A stretch of DNA of 64,000 nt, from the NCBI GenBank assembly GCA_963682135.1, contig OY821645.1:1568001-1632000 (forward strand). Reading direction: 5' to 3'. The DNA comes from Methanothrix sp. Its GTDB lineage: Archaea; Halobacteriota; Methanosarcinia; Methanotrichales; Methanotrichaceae. The notes under the pieces were generated by a model. It was given only the letters and a program-made list of their open reading frames with translations, did not search any database and was not told where the DNA came from. Positions 1 to 9,311 of this stretch are shown in pieces; position 1 is the stretch's first letter, and the number at the start of each line of letters is the position of its first letter. Made by a program: the position numbers and the translations under genes.

Positions 1-2
1 AT

Positions 3-2291
3 GAGGCACTCTTGATGGTGGCAAAATTATCATCAGGGCCTCGCGATCCTACTATTAATCAAATATGTTCAATTTATAGCTATTTGAAAAATGGTGACCC
101 TCCGGTAAAGGGTTGGATTTATGTAAACGACCCAAGAGGCTCAGATTACTTCAATTATGCAAATGAATCCGTGAGAATAGGCGACAAAGCCGGTTGTACC
201 GGAGATGGTGATTGCGATGATTTTGCTGTTCTGATGGTTTCCCTCGTGGAGTCTATCGGGAAGACGACTAGAATTATTCTGGCTTATGACAACAGCACGG
301 GAGGACATGCCTATGCAGAGGTCCTTTTAGGAAATTTAAACACTCAGGGCAACCAGGTAAACGATACTTTAGACTGGCTTAAGCAAAAATTCAATACTAA
401 CAATATTTTCACATATCTTGATACGGATACTGGAGATGTTTGGCTGAACTTGGATTGGGGACCAGATGAATATGGGAATGAGCACCCAGGGGGTCCATTT
501 TGCCAGGCAGATAAAAAAATAGTTGTCACTGTAGGAGACACGCATAACAAAATCCCCATTGTGATGCCTCCCACCAATACGAATAAAGAAGTATTACAAG
601 TTCCCGCTGTTCGGTTAAATATCACGACGACCGTGATTGAGAGCGATTCTGCAGAAGTATGGTTCAATAAAGGAGTTGCTCTTGTTGATTTAGGTAAGTA
701 TGATGAAGCCATAAAGGCTTACGAAAAGGCTATCGAGATCAATCCACAAAATGCAGATGCAAGGAACAACAAAGGCGTTGCTCTCTTTGCTCTAGGCAAG
801 TACGATGAGGCCATAAACGCATTTGATAAATCCATCGAGATCAATCCACAAAATGCAAATGCATGGAACAACAAAGGTGTTGCTCTCTTTACTCTAGGCA
901 AGTACGATGAGGCTATAAAAGCATTTGATAAGGCCATCGAGATCAATCCGCAAAATGCAGAAGCTTGGTCCAACAAAGGTGATGCTCTCGATGACAAGGG
1001 CAAGTACGATGAGGCCATAAAAGCATTTGATAAGGCTATCGAGATCAATCCCAATTATTCTTATGCCCGGATCGGCAAGGGATTTGGTCTCAATAATCTG
1101 GGCAAATACGATGAGGCTATAAATGCACTTGATAAGGCTATCGAGATCAATCCAAAATATGCAGATGCATGGATAAACAAAGGTGATGCTCTCAATAATC
1201 TGGGCAAATACGATGAGGCCTTGAAAGCACTTGATAAGGCTATTGAGATTGATCCGCAAGATGTATATGCATCATATGCCTGGAACAACAAAGGTACTAT
1301 TTTTTTTAATCTGGGCAGGCACAATGAGGCAATACAGGCTTACAATAAGTCCATTCAGCTTGATCCCAATTTTGTATATGCCTGGGACAATAAAGGTAAT
1401 GCTCTTGATTATCTGGGCAAATACGATGAGGCCATACAGGCCTACGACAAGGCCACAGAGATCAATCCAAAATATGTAAATGCATGGATAGACAAGGGCA
1501 TTGCTCTCGATAAGCTGGGCAAGCACGATGAGGCCAAAAAAGCATACAATAAGACCGTCGGGATCAATTTGTCGAGATCAGTCTACAACATACCGGAACA
1601 TAGAACAACAACGGCAATGGCCATAAAAACCTCAAATCAATCCATCGAAAGCGATCAAGGGTATGCAAATACCTTGATCGGCATGGGATTTGCTCTTAAT
1701 ATGTTGGGCAAGCACGTTGAAGCCATTCAGGCTTACGATAAGGCTATCGAGATCAATCCAAAATATGCAGATGCTTGGAATAGTAAAGGCGATGCTCTCT
1801 GTTTCCTGTATAGATACAATGACTCAATATATGCCTACGACCAGGCTATTAAGCTGAATTCCTCCAATCCCCTCTACTGGAACAGTAAAGGCGATGCTCT
1901 CTATTTCCTGTATAGATACAACGACTCAATATACGCCTACGATCAGGCTATTAAGCTGAATTCCTCCAATCCCCTTTACTGGAACAATAAAGGCAGTGCT
2001 CTTGATTACCTGTATAGATACAACGACTCAATATACGCCTACGATCAGGCTATTAAGCTGAATTCGTCCAATCCCCTTTACTGGAACAATAAAGGCAGTG
2101 CTCTTGATTACCTATATAGATACAATGACTCAATATACGCCTACGATCAGGCTATTAAGCTGAATTCGTCCACTCCCCTTTACTGGAACAATAAAGGCAA
2201 TGCTCTCAGATTGCTTGGACGCACTGCTGAAGCCTATGCAGCTTTTATTAAAGCACACAGGTTGATCCTAGATAGGTGCCTGACGGGCTGA
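3..2291 (+). CDS. Transglutaminase-like (Cys-His-Asp) domain plus long TPR array; probably 5'-truncated by the window edge
   Basis: GDCDDFAVL, GHAYAEV and WLNLDW motifs, then about 15 34-aa repeats (AWxNKGxAL..LGKYDEAIKAFDKAIEINP). Frame is open to the window start. Confidence 0.85.
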   Translation, partial: EALLMVAKLSSGPRDPTINQICSIYSYLKNGDPPVKGWIYVNDPRGSDYFNYANESVRIGDKAGCTGDGDCDDFAVLMVSLVESIGKTTRIILAYDNSTGGHAYAEVLLGNLNTQGNQVNDTLDWLKQKFNTNNIFTYLDTDTGDVWLNLDWGPDEYGNEHPGGPFCQADKKIVVTVGDTHNKIPIVMPPTNTNKEVLQVPAVRLNITTTVIESDSAEVWFNKGVALVDLGKYDEAIKAYEKAIEINPQNADARNNKGVALFALGKYDEAINAFDKSIEINPQNANAWNNKGVALFTLGKYDEAIKAFDKAIEINPQNAEAWSNKGDALDDKGKYDEAIKAFDKAIEINPNYSYARIGKGFGLNNLGKYDEAINALDKAIEINPKYADAWINKGDALNNLGKYDEALKALDKAIEIDPQDVYASYAWNNKGTIFFNLGRHNEAIQAYNKSIQLDPNFVYAWDNKGNALDYLGKYDEAIQAYDKATEINPKYVNAWIDKGIALDKLGKHDEAKKAYNKTVGINLSRSVYNIPEHRTTTAMAIKTSNQSIESDQGYANTLIGMGFALNMLGKHVEAIQAYDKAIEINPKYADAWNSKGDALCFLYRYNDSIYAYDQAIKLNSSNPLYWNSKGDALYFLYRYNDSIYAYDQAIKLNSSNPLYWNNKGSALDYLYRYNDSIYAYDQAIKLNSSNPLYWNNKGSALDYLYRYNDSIYAYDQAIKLNSSTPLYWNNKGNALRLLGRTAEAYAAFIKAHRLILDRCLTG
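1776..2183 (+). repeat. Four near-identical tandem 102-bp TPR-coding repeats
   Basis: Units start at 1776, 1878, 1980 and 2082 (TGGAAyArTAAAGGC...); a fifth partial unit starts at 2184. Confidence 0.95.
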
Positions 2292-2814
2292 CTGATCAAG
2301 ATTGAAGGGGGGGACATGAACCAGATCTCTTTTACCTATTAGATTTAGGGATTTAGGCAAACATTTATAATCTGTAGAGTCCTGAAAGTATTTCGCACCT
2401 GCTCCGATTTCATTTTGTGTGAAGAATTCATATTTCCTCTTATAGCCCAAACAGCCTGTGGCCAATGGCAAAATACATCTCCAGTCGCATCTTTCGTCTA
2501 AATACCCGTTCTGGGGTTTCGAGATGTTCAAACTCCAGGCTACCATGCGGTCTGTTGTTGTACCATTCCCTAAACTCCTCAAATGAAGAAAAGGCTAATC
2601 TATGTCGTTGATATTCGCCAAACCATCGTTCTGGCTTTCCATTTGTCTGTGGATGTTTAACCCTCGCCAGGATTGGTTTAATGCCATGCTTTTCAAGATG
2701 GTTTTTAAATTCACTGTCCCATTTACCGTCTTCATGAACGCGGTGGGCACCGAATTCTGCACCATGATCCAAGATAAGCTCTCGCATGGGGCAGAGCCAC
2801 CAGTATCCTTCAAC

Positions 2815-4545
2815 CCCAACCTCCCGGATCAAGTAGACACATTAACCGGTCGATCTCAATTATAAAGCTCCTATTTTGAAAAACAACCCTGACTAAGCCC
2901 ACTTAGCGAAAGATATTTATACTATATGCGCCTACTATTATTGAGGCGCATAATGCAAACCACTCGACGAATCAAAGTGAAAAATGGGATCGAATATTGG
3001 TACGAAGAAACACCTTACTATGACAAGGAGAAAAAACAGATCAGACATAAATCAAAATATTTAGGAAGAAACGTAGATGGCCAGCCGGTCCGGATGCGTT
3101 CCGCCCCTGACGAGGTCAAAGAGAAGACGAAAAAGAAAACAGAGGCGATCAAGTCATCATTTGATTATGGCTCCATATTCGTTCTTCAGTCAATTATGGA
3201 AGAGCTTCATATGGATCGCTATCTGGAAGTTTTGTTGTCTCCTTCGGAAGTGTCCATGGTTCGCGCATTGGCATTTAACCGGATTATACGACCTACTGCA
3301 ATGAGGAATGTAGATTCATGGTACGAAGGAACCTCTCTTGCCCTCGAATCTCCGCAAATCAATCTTACCAGTCAGCGAGTAAGTGAGCTTCTCGGTCGAT
3401 TGGGTGAAAGCAATATTCCAGACAGATTCATGTCCCAGCTTATCGAAGGAACCGGTACGAAAGACACACTCATTTACGATATTACGAGCCTGTCAAGTTA
3501 CTCTCAACTCATCAATATTCTTGAGTACGGGTACAATCGTGATGGCGAGTCTCTTCCGCAAATCAATCTGTCCCTGATTCTGGATAAGGATAAAGGGATA
3601 CCCGTGATGTATGACATCTTCCCCGGCAGTATTTCCGATGTCAGTACGCTTTCCGGCACTCTAAAAAAGATAAAAGCGCATGGCATCCAAAATTATGTTG
3701 CTGTGATGGATCGTGGATTTTTCAGCTTGAGCAACCTTCGCGAGCTGATGACGAATAAAATCTCATTTATTATGGCGGCCAGATTGCAGTTGAATGATTT
3801 GAAGCACCTGCTGACGGAAGTGCAAAAGGATCTTGATGATGTAAAATATCTCCACAAGTTTAACAAGGATCCCATTTTTGCCAAACCAATTTCATATATT
3901 ATTGATTCAATTGAAATCAGGGGGTATGTTTATTATGATCCCAAATTAGAGCAAACCGAGAAGCAGACACTCCTAAGCAGACTCTATGATATTCGTGAAG
4001 AGTTGCTCAAGGTGCGCTTGAATAAGAACAGTAACCCCCACGTAGTTTTCAAAGATAAAGCACACGGATTTGGAAACTTCTTCGACTGGAATGTTATGGA
4101 TAATCGCTTTGAAGTTACGATAAAACAAAACGCAGTTGCACAAAGAATGAACAAAATGGGCAAGTATATTATATTCTACTCAGGAAACTTTGACGAGATG
4201 AAGTGCCTTTCTCTCTATCGCGAACGCGATGAAATTGAAAAGAGCTTCAAGGCATTGAAAAGCGAAATTGACATCCTTCCATTGAATACTCATGGCGAAG
4301 AGACAACAAGAGGATTCATTTTTATCGCTTTCCTGAGTCTGATTATAAGGTCACGACTGATAAATATGATGAAGGATGCAGAGATACTAGACAAATATTC
4401 TGTTGAACTTCTTCTGCTGCAATTGGAGAAATTAAGAAAAATTGCTCTTGCAGACGGACAGATAATAGTCACCGAAATGACAAAAAAACAGAGGGAAATT
4501 CTTCAGGCGCTAGACTTGTGCGCCTGAACTTTTCGGGAGGTTGGG
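2815..4545 (+). mobile_element. IS1634-family insertion sequence (1731 bp)
   Basis: Perfect 12-bp TIR CCCAACCTCCCG (2815-2826 / 4534-4545). 6-bp TSD TTCAAC at 2809-2814 and 4546-4551. Confidence 0.95.
2953..4527 (+). CDS. IS1634-family DDE transposase
   Basis: YDITS, YGYNRDG..LPQIN, VMDRGF and YRERDEIEKSFKALK motifs; intact ORF. Confidence 0.93.
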   Translation: MQTTRRIKVKNGIEYWYEETPYYDKEKKQIRHKSKYLGRNVDGQPVRMRSAPDEVKEKTKKKTEAIKSSFDYGSIFVLQSIMEELHMDRYLEVLLSPSEVSMVRALAFNRIIRPTAMRNVDSWYEGTSLALESPQINLTSQRVSELLGRLGESNIPDRFMSQLIEGTGTKDTLIYDITSLSSYSQLINILEYGYNRDGESLPQINLSLILDKDKGIPVMYDIFPGSISDVSTLSGTLKKIKAHGIQNYVAVMDRGFFSLSNLRELMTNKISFIMAARLQLNDLKHLLTEVQKDLDDVKYLHKFNKDPIFAKPISYIIDSIEIRGYVYYDPKLEQTEKQTLLSRLYDIREELLKVRLNKNSNPHVVFKDKAHGFGNFFDWNVMDNRFEVTIKQNAVAQRMNKMGKYIIFYSGNFDEMKCLSLYRERDEIEKSFKALKSEIDILPLNTHGEETTRGFIFIAFLSLIIRSRLINMMKDAEILDKYSVELLLLQLEKLRKIALADGQIIVTEMTKKQREILQALDLCA

Positions 4546-5176
4546 TTCAACCAGTTCGTCAACTACCAATATGCTGTTCTCGGTATTGATATTCCTGAAC
4601 TCACCGCCGGCAAGGATCATCCTGGATGCGTCATCAATGATAACGCAAACCTTGAGATCAGACCAACCTGATTCATGCCAATCGATATGTCCTGCGGACA
4701 GGCTATGCTTGCGTTCGTACCGAACCCACTTGCGTTGCTTTTGTTTTTTCGGATCTTCATGAGCCAGGCCTGCTGCCTTGAGATACATGTGAATACGGTT
4801 ATGAGAGATGCGGACTTTAAACACCTTTCTTACAGCAACCTCCAACATCCGAGCTCCAAATCGATAAAGCCGATACCCATCGCTAATCACTTGTGCCTCT
4901 TGCTCATCAAAAGGCTTCCTGGGCCGCCCATCTTCTCGCCAATCGCAGGCTCTTGCTTGCACTCCACATAGATTTTCCAGATTTGCTGCACTCGCCTCCG
5001 CGATATTTTCATGTCAAGAGCGATCTGCTTTGTGGTCACCCCCTTTTGCTTTTGCCGGATAATCCAATGGATTTTACGCGGATTTGATTTCATAACCCGT
5101 GTTACGGGTGCAGGGGTAAAGCGTGTGCGAAATACTTTCGGGACTACACACAAACATTTATAATCATAAACAAGAA

Positions 5177-6148
5177 ATGAGTGATGAGGAGGAATGTATA
5201 ATCAGAGCGTTTCTTATAATTGTAATCCTGATGTTAGCGGGATCTGCACAGTCAGCTACTTTGTCAGTTTGTCAAGAAGGATGCAACTATACGAGCATTC
5301 AAGCAGCAATTTATGCAGCAAAAATCAATGATACAATTGAGCTGCATAGTGGCACATATAATGATAGTGCAATTTTAACTAAGGAACTAAAATTTATCGG
5401 CAAAGATACAGGTAGTGGGGAACCTGTCGTTGTAGGAGATTTATATACAAATGGTCTTAGGTATTCTCTGAGAGGGTTTGGTTTTAACTCAATTAAATCT
5501 GATATGTCCTCATATTCAGAGACCAATAACTCATTGTACTACTGGATGGGAAAGGCAAGAGATTATTATTCAGCTGAATCTTATGCCAAGGCTCTAGATG
5601 CTATTTCCAAAGCACTAAAAATAGATCCTCAAAATGCAGTGGCTTGGAATCGAAAGGGCATATACTTGGCTGCTCAACACAGAGACGAAGAGGCTACAGA
5701 ATGCTATGATAATGCCCTTAAGATAGACTCATCATACAGCCCAGCGTTGTATAACAAAGGAGGTCAATTATATAACCAAGAAGAATACGAAAACGCTATC
5801 TTTTATTATGATCAAGCGATCAATGCAGACCCGAGAGATATAGAATACCTATCCTCAAAGGCCTCTGCATTAATGAAGATGGCCAAATTTGATGATGCTC
5901 TTAAGACGATTGAAAAAGCTATTGAGATACAACCACAAAGTACTGATTATTTGAACCGAAAGATCGCTATTCTATTTTCCTGGGGCAAATATGAAGATGC
6001 TCTTACTGCGATCGATAAATCCTTAGATTTGAATCCATCACAAATTGAGATCTGGCAAATGAAAGGTACTATTCTTCAGAAAATTGGCCGCAACAAAGAA
6101 GCCGATATGGCTTTCGCCAAGGCCAAGGAGCTGAGTTATACAGGATAA
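5177..6148 (+). CDS. Secreted TPR protein with a short pectin-lyase/CASH-like N-cap
   Basis: Signal peptide, VCxxGCNYTSIQAAI motif, about 6 TPRs, C-terminus AFAKAKELSYTG. Start uncertain. Confidence 0.8.
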   Translation: MSDEEECIIRAFLIIVILMLAGSAQSATLSVCQEGCNYTSIQAAIYAAKINDTIELHSGTYNDSAILTKELKFIGKDTGSGEPVVVGDLYTNGLRYSLRGFGFNSIKSDMSSYSETNNSLYYWMGKARDYYSAESYAKALDAISKALKIDPQNAVAWNRKGIYLAAQHRDEEATECYDNALKIDSSYSPALYNKGGQLYNQEEYENAIFYYDQAINADPRDIEYLSSKASALMKMAKFDDALKTIEKAIEIQPQSTDYLNRKIAILFSWGKYEDALTAIDKSLDLNPSQIEIWQMKGTILQKIGRNKEADMAFAKAKELSYTG

Positions 6149-6240
6149 CTCCAGATCGAGTTAAATGCGTAACCTGTACTCTATCAACCTTTTTTGTATT
6201 TCTAACATTATATGACATTAATATGACATAATATTGATTT

Positions 6241-6337
6241 CTTCATGGAGAGATTGCCGAGCAGGCGGAGGAGACCTTGGCGGCCATGGAAAAACGGCCC
6301 AGTCAGCCTGCTCCTGGCTGGCAGCGTGCCCAGGGGC
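6241..6337 (+). pseudogene. moeA: Decayed moeA internal 5' fragment
   Basis: Aligns by eye at roughly 80% to 13713-13809 and to the intact gene (ETLAAMEKRP/VSLLLAGSVPRG vs DTLAAREDRPVCLRLAGSVPMG), with indels. Confidence 0.85.
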
Positions 6338-6358
6338 CTTCTAAAATTATGTCCTGAT

Positions 6359-7171
6359 CTATTGAGTCCGGTTCTGCTTCCTGAGAGCCTCTTTCTTGGC
6401 ATCCTCAGCCCTCTCGAAATCGGGCTTAATCCCCAGGGCTCTATCATAGCAGACCAGCGCCTCATCATATCTGCCCAGTCTTGAAAGTGCATCGCCTTTC
6501 CCATACCAGGCCATGAAGTTTGATTGATTGCGAGCTATTACCTTGTCATAAAACGGCAGTGACTCGTTGTACAGGCCCATGCTCTGTGAGACGCCCGCGC
6601 TCTCCAGGTCGCGCAGATCCTGCGTGGCCGCTCCCTGTGGGCTGTTGTCCGGAACAGAGCCGATAAAAAGCAGACCGATCATGACCATAAGCAGCACTCC
6701 CGTAAAGAGGAGGCTATAGAGGACACGGCCCAGGAAGCGCCTCCTGCTATTATCACTATTGAGAAGAGGAAGTGCGGAGGTGATTTTATCCGGCCCGGCA
6801 AGGGATATGACCCCTGCTGCTGTCAGCAAAACCCCAGGGATGATCCAGCCTGTCCAGCCCATACTTGCATAAGATCCTGAGGCATAGCCAACTGGAAATC
6901 CGAGCAGCCCACATAAAATTATCACCCCGCCCAAATTCACCTTTTTCATGGGATAGAGCAAAGAGGATATGCCGCCCATTATGCCCAGCAGGATAAAGAC
7001 ACTGGCTCCTATCTCTGGTGAGATGAAGTTTCCTTCTATCCAGCTCCCTGGCATGTGTGAGGAGGCTGCAGAAACAATAAACCATAAAAGCTCAGCACCG
7101 CCAATAAGGATGCCAAAGAGTCCCCCAATAACGCCTGGGATGGTCACAATTGCTTTCACGATGAAAATCAA
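6359..7171 (-). CDS. Multi-pass membrane protein with C-terminal TPRs
   Basis: About 5 hydrophobic segments, then AWYGKGDALSRLGRYDEALVCYDRAL. Confidence 0.8.
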   Translation of the reverse strand: MIFIVKAIVTIPGVIGGLFGILIGGAELLWFIVSAASSHMPGSWIEGNFISPEIGASVFILLGIMGGISSLLYPMKKVNLGGVIILCGLLGFPVGYASGSYASMGWTGWIIPGVLLTAAGVISLAGPDKITSALPLLNSDNSRRRFLGRVLYSLLFTGVLLMVMIGLLFIGSVPDNSPQGAATQDLRDLESAGVSQSMGLYNESLPFYDKVIARNQSNFMAWYGKGDALSRLGRYDEALVCYDRALGIKPDFERAEDAKKEALRKQNRTQ

Positions 7172-7332
7172 CTCTCTGCTTCTCAGATTCGGTCCATATC
7201 AACGCACGGTTAGATGCTTTCGCCAAAGCTATATTGAGTCACTTTTCATAGATTTAGTTTTTGATTGTAGCAACGTACTTGCGAGGTAGCGTGCTACAAT
7301 TGCGACTTGGCTAGGCGGCTGCGGGGGCAGCT

Positions 7333-7389
7333 GCCCTGGTGATGGCCGATCACTTTATCCGCCAGAGAGCGGCGAAGCTGCAAATTTAA
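7333..7389 (+). pseudogene. aroC: Chorismate synthase extreme 3' fragment
   Basis: ALVMADHFIRQRAAKLQI*; 47/57 nt identical to 13921-13977. Confidence 0.75.
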
Positions 7390-7554
7390 TTGTACATCCC
7401 TCATCGGTATTTCACGTCTTTGCGCATTGGCGTGAAAATGTGTCGCGTCTCAACGCGAAGACGCGAAGGGCGCGAAGAAGACAACCATGATCACTCGCAT
7501 TTAGGTGAAGACCAAAACGCCAACCAAATATTGCATCACGATTGCGATCAAGCT

Positions 7555-7641
7555 TCAATAAAAAGCTCAGGCCATCGCTTGTGTTATATCATAATATGAG
7601 AGAAGGTAATCCGGGCCTTACCTTTGGCCCTTGCCATCTGA
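7555..7641 (+). pseudogene. Internally deleted copy of the PemK/MazF toxin gene
   Basis: 7555-7600 matches 14210-14255, then the match jumps to 14461-14499. Confidence 0.9.
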
Positions 7642-7852
7642 TCTGCCCGGACGGTGGCCACTGGCGGGCGCTCGGGCCCCGGAGAAGAGGACCCAGCAAA
7701 GATGTCTGGCCTGAGGTCAAGGCCGGGTGCGATGAAAGCGCCCTCTGCTGGGTCTTGCGGCTGCTCGTCCCTACGCTCCCTCGGGATTTCTGGCGGCATC
7801 CGCTCCTGCAGCCGGGTGTCATGCACTTGCGAAGGTTCTGCCCCCCGGAGGC
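7635..7852 (+). ncRNA. Candidate structured RNA/ssDNA element X, copy A
   Basis: Homologous to 14493-14706 with conserved stems; see findings. Confidence 0.5.
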
Positions 7853-7912
7853 CCGTAAATGGATCTATGAAGTTCAAATACATTCATGGCGGTTTAACCA
7901 TATCGCAATCAT

Positions 7913-8836
7913 TCACAGGGAGTAGATTCCTGCTCCCAACCACCAGGTATCATCCACCTTCGTGACATAGCTAAGCTTGAATCCTGGCGTCATGTTTCTT
8001 GCGGGATCTGGATAGATATAGTAAGTGAATCCACCTCCGCTTTTGGCCAGAGCTATCATATCTCGATTGAGTTTAACGCCATTAGGATCCTCAATATCAA
8101 TCCTGTTCTTGCCAATTAAGTCTGGCTGAGTAGGAAGCGCCAGGGCGTTACCAGCGAAGTCAAAGGCGAACACATAAAGACTTTCCTTGAAGAACGTACC
8201 ATTCTTGTCATTGAATGCCTTCAATGCCTTATCTTTCCCATTATCTTTGCAATATTTGACTGCCCCCTCGACGAAATTTGTGAGATTATTCCTAGACTCC
8301 GGACTGAAGTTCGCAGACATGTTGGACAGATAGATTCCAGAGGCCAGCCACCAGGTATCATCCACCTTTTCGACGTAAGTCAACTTCAGCTCCTGCTTAT
8401 TATTATGGGCAGGATTGGCAAAAACGTAATAGGCATACCCGTTACCTCTCTTTGCTACAGAAACCAGGTTCTTTTTATATTCAATTCCATTGGCATCCTT
8501 CAGATCCAGAAGGCTCTTGCCGACGAAATCCGGTCGGTAGGGGTTGGCAAGACCGATGGCATTGAAATCTTCGGCAAAAATATAGCGCTCACCCTTAATG
8601 AACTCTGCCGACTTGTTATTATTAAACTCTTTAATGGCAGTCTCCTTTCCATTAGCTTTGGCATAGGCGACAGCATTATCCACAAATGCAATAAGGTCTG
8701 CATGAGATATGTCAGTAGATGCCGCCGATACACTCGCAATTGAGTTGTTATTCCCTGGAGCGGCCTCGGCACAGATGCCGGGAGAAATCACCACTCCCAG
8801 GAAAAATATAATTACAAAGATGTTAAGCAATTTCAT
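7913..8836 (-). CDS. Secreted stand-alone tandem Cache-domain protein
   Basis: Signal peptide plus two homologous repeats (YIFAxDF..LANP..PD.VGK..D.NG..KLTYVxKVDDTWWL). Confidence 0.88.
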   Translation of the reverse strand: MKLLNIFVIIFFLGVVISPGICAEAAPGNNNSIASVSAASTDISHADLIAFVDNAVAYAKANGKETAIKEFNNNKSAEFIKGERYIFAEDFNAIGLANPYRPDFVGKSLLDLKDANGIEYKKNLVSVAKRGNGYAYYVFANPAHNNKQELKLTYVEKVDDTWWLASGIYLSNMSANFSPESRNNLTNFVEGAVKYCKDNGKDKALKAFNDKNGTFFKESLYVFAFDFAGNALALPTQPDLIGKNRIDIEDPNGVKLNRDMIALAKSGGGFTYYIYPDPARNMTPGFKLSYVTKVDDTWWLGAGIYSL

Positions 8837-8987
8837 AAAGGTAATGCTTATCTATTAGATATAAATTTTATGATACCGACCAATGCTTTGACGCGACCCC
8901 AGGTTGACGTGAATTTGATCCCAAAATAATTACAGTAATATATTTATAAAACTTTGGCATAAATATGTGATCTGGAACAAATGGAGG

Positions 8988-9311
8988 TCAAAAAATCCTC
9001 TCAGCCAGCCAGAAGAGTATCATCCCGGAAATTACGGTTCCACCAAGCGATTTTGTCTTGAGTGCAATGAGAAACGTGGGAATTGCCACCAGCGATTTGG
9101 TCTGCAGCACATCCAGATGGCGCGGGCTGCCGGAAAGAAAGATCTCCGAGAATACCAGGGCGCTAAGAATCGCCACCGGGATCATGTCCAGCCACTCGAT
9201 GAACCAGCGTGGGAGATCTCTATGGGCCAGAAAGAATAGCGGAAGGTAGCGCGGAATGTAGGTAACCAGCCCCATGCCGACTATCAACAGGAGGTATTCC
9301 GTCTTAAGCAT
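8988..9311 (-). CDS. azlD: AzlD-family branched-chain amino acid exporter small subunit
   Basis: MGLVTYIPRYLP and PVAILSALV motifs; coupled to azlC. Confidence 0.88.
   Translation of the reverse strand: MLKTEYLLLIVGMGLVTYIPRYLPLFFLAHRDLPRWFIEWLDMIPVAILSALVFSEIFLSGSPRHLDVLQTKSLVAIPTFLIALKTKSLGGTVISGMILFWLAERIF

Larger units (their letters stand above)
2440..5093 (-). pseudogene. IS481-family transposase pseudogene in three pieces
   Basis: HTH N-terminus from ATG 5093, -1 frameshift near 4927-4930, RYERKHSL..HIDW..IIDDASR, break at the IS1634, then DHGAEF..ARVKHPQTNGKPERW. Confidence 0.9.
2373..5150 (-). mobile_element. IS481-family element, inactivated (frameshift and nested IS1634)
   Basis: 26-bp TIRs TGTAGAGTCCTGAAAGTATTTCGCAC / TGTGTAGTCCCGAAAGTATTTCGCAC. 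15-bp TSD CAAACATTTATAATC at 2358-2372 and 5151-5165. Confidence 0.95.

Noticed and set aside
1776-2183. Diversity-generating retroelement TR/VR pair or CRISPR array
   Set aside because: The repeats are in-frame 102-bp TPR units with no spacers, differences are not confined to adenines, and there is no reverse transcriptase or cas gene in the window.
7635-7852. Element X as hammerhead, HDV or twister ribozyme, SRP RNA or RNase P RNA
   Set aside because: It lacks the diagnostic cores (CTGANGA, TCCTCGY loop, GAGGAAAGTCC, SRP helix 8). The overlapping short ORFs differ in frame between copies.
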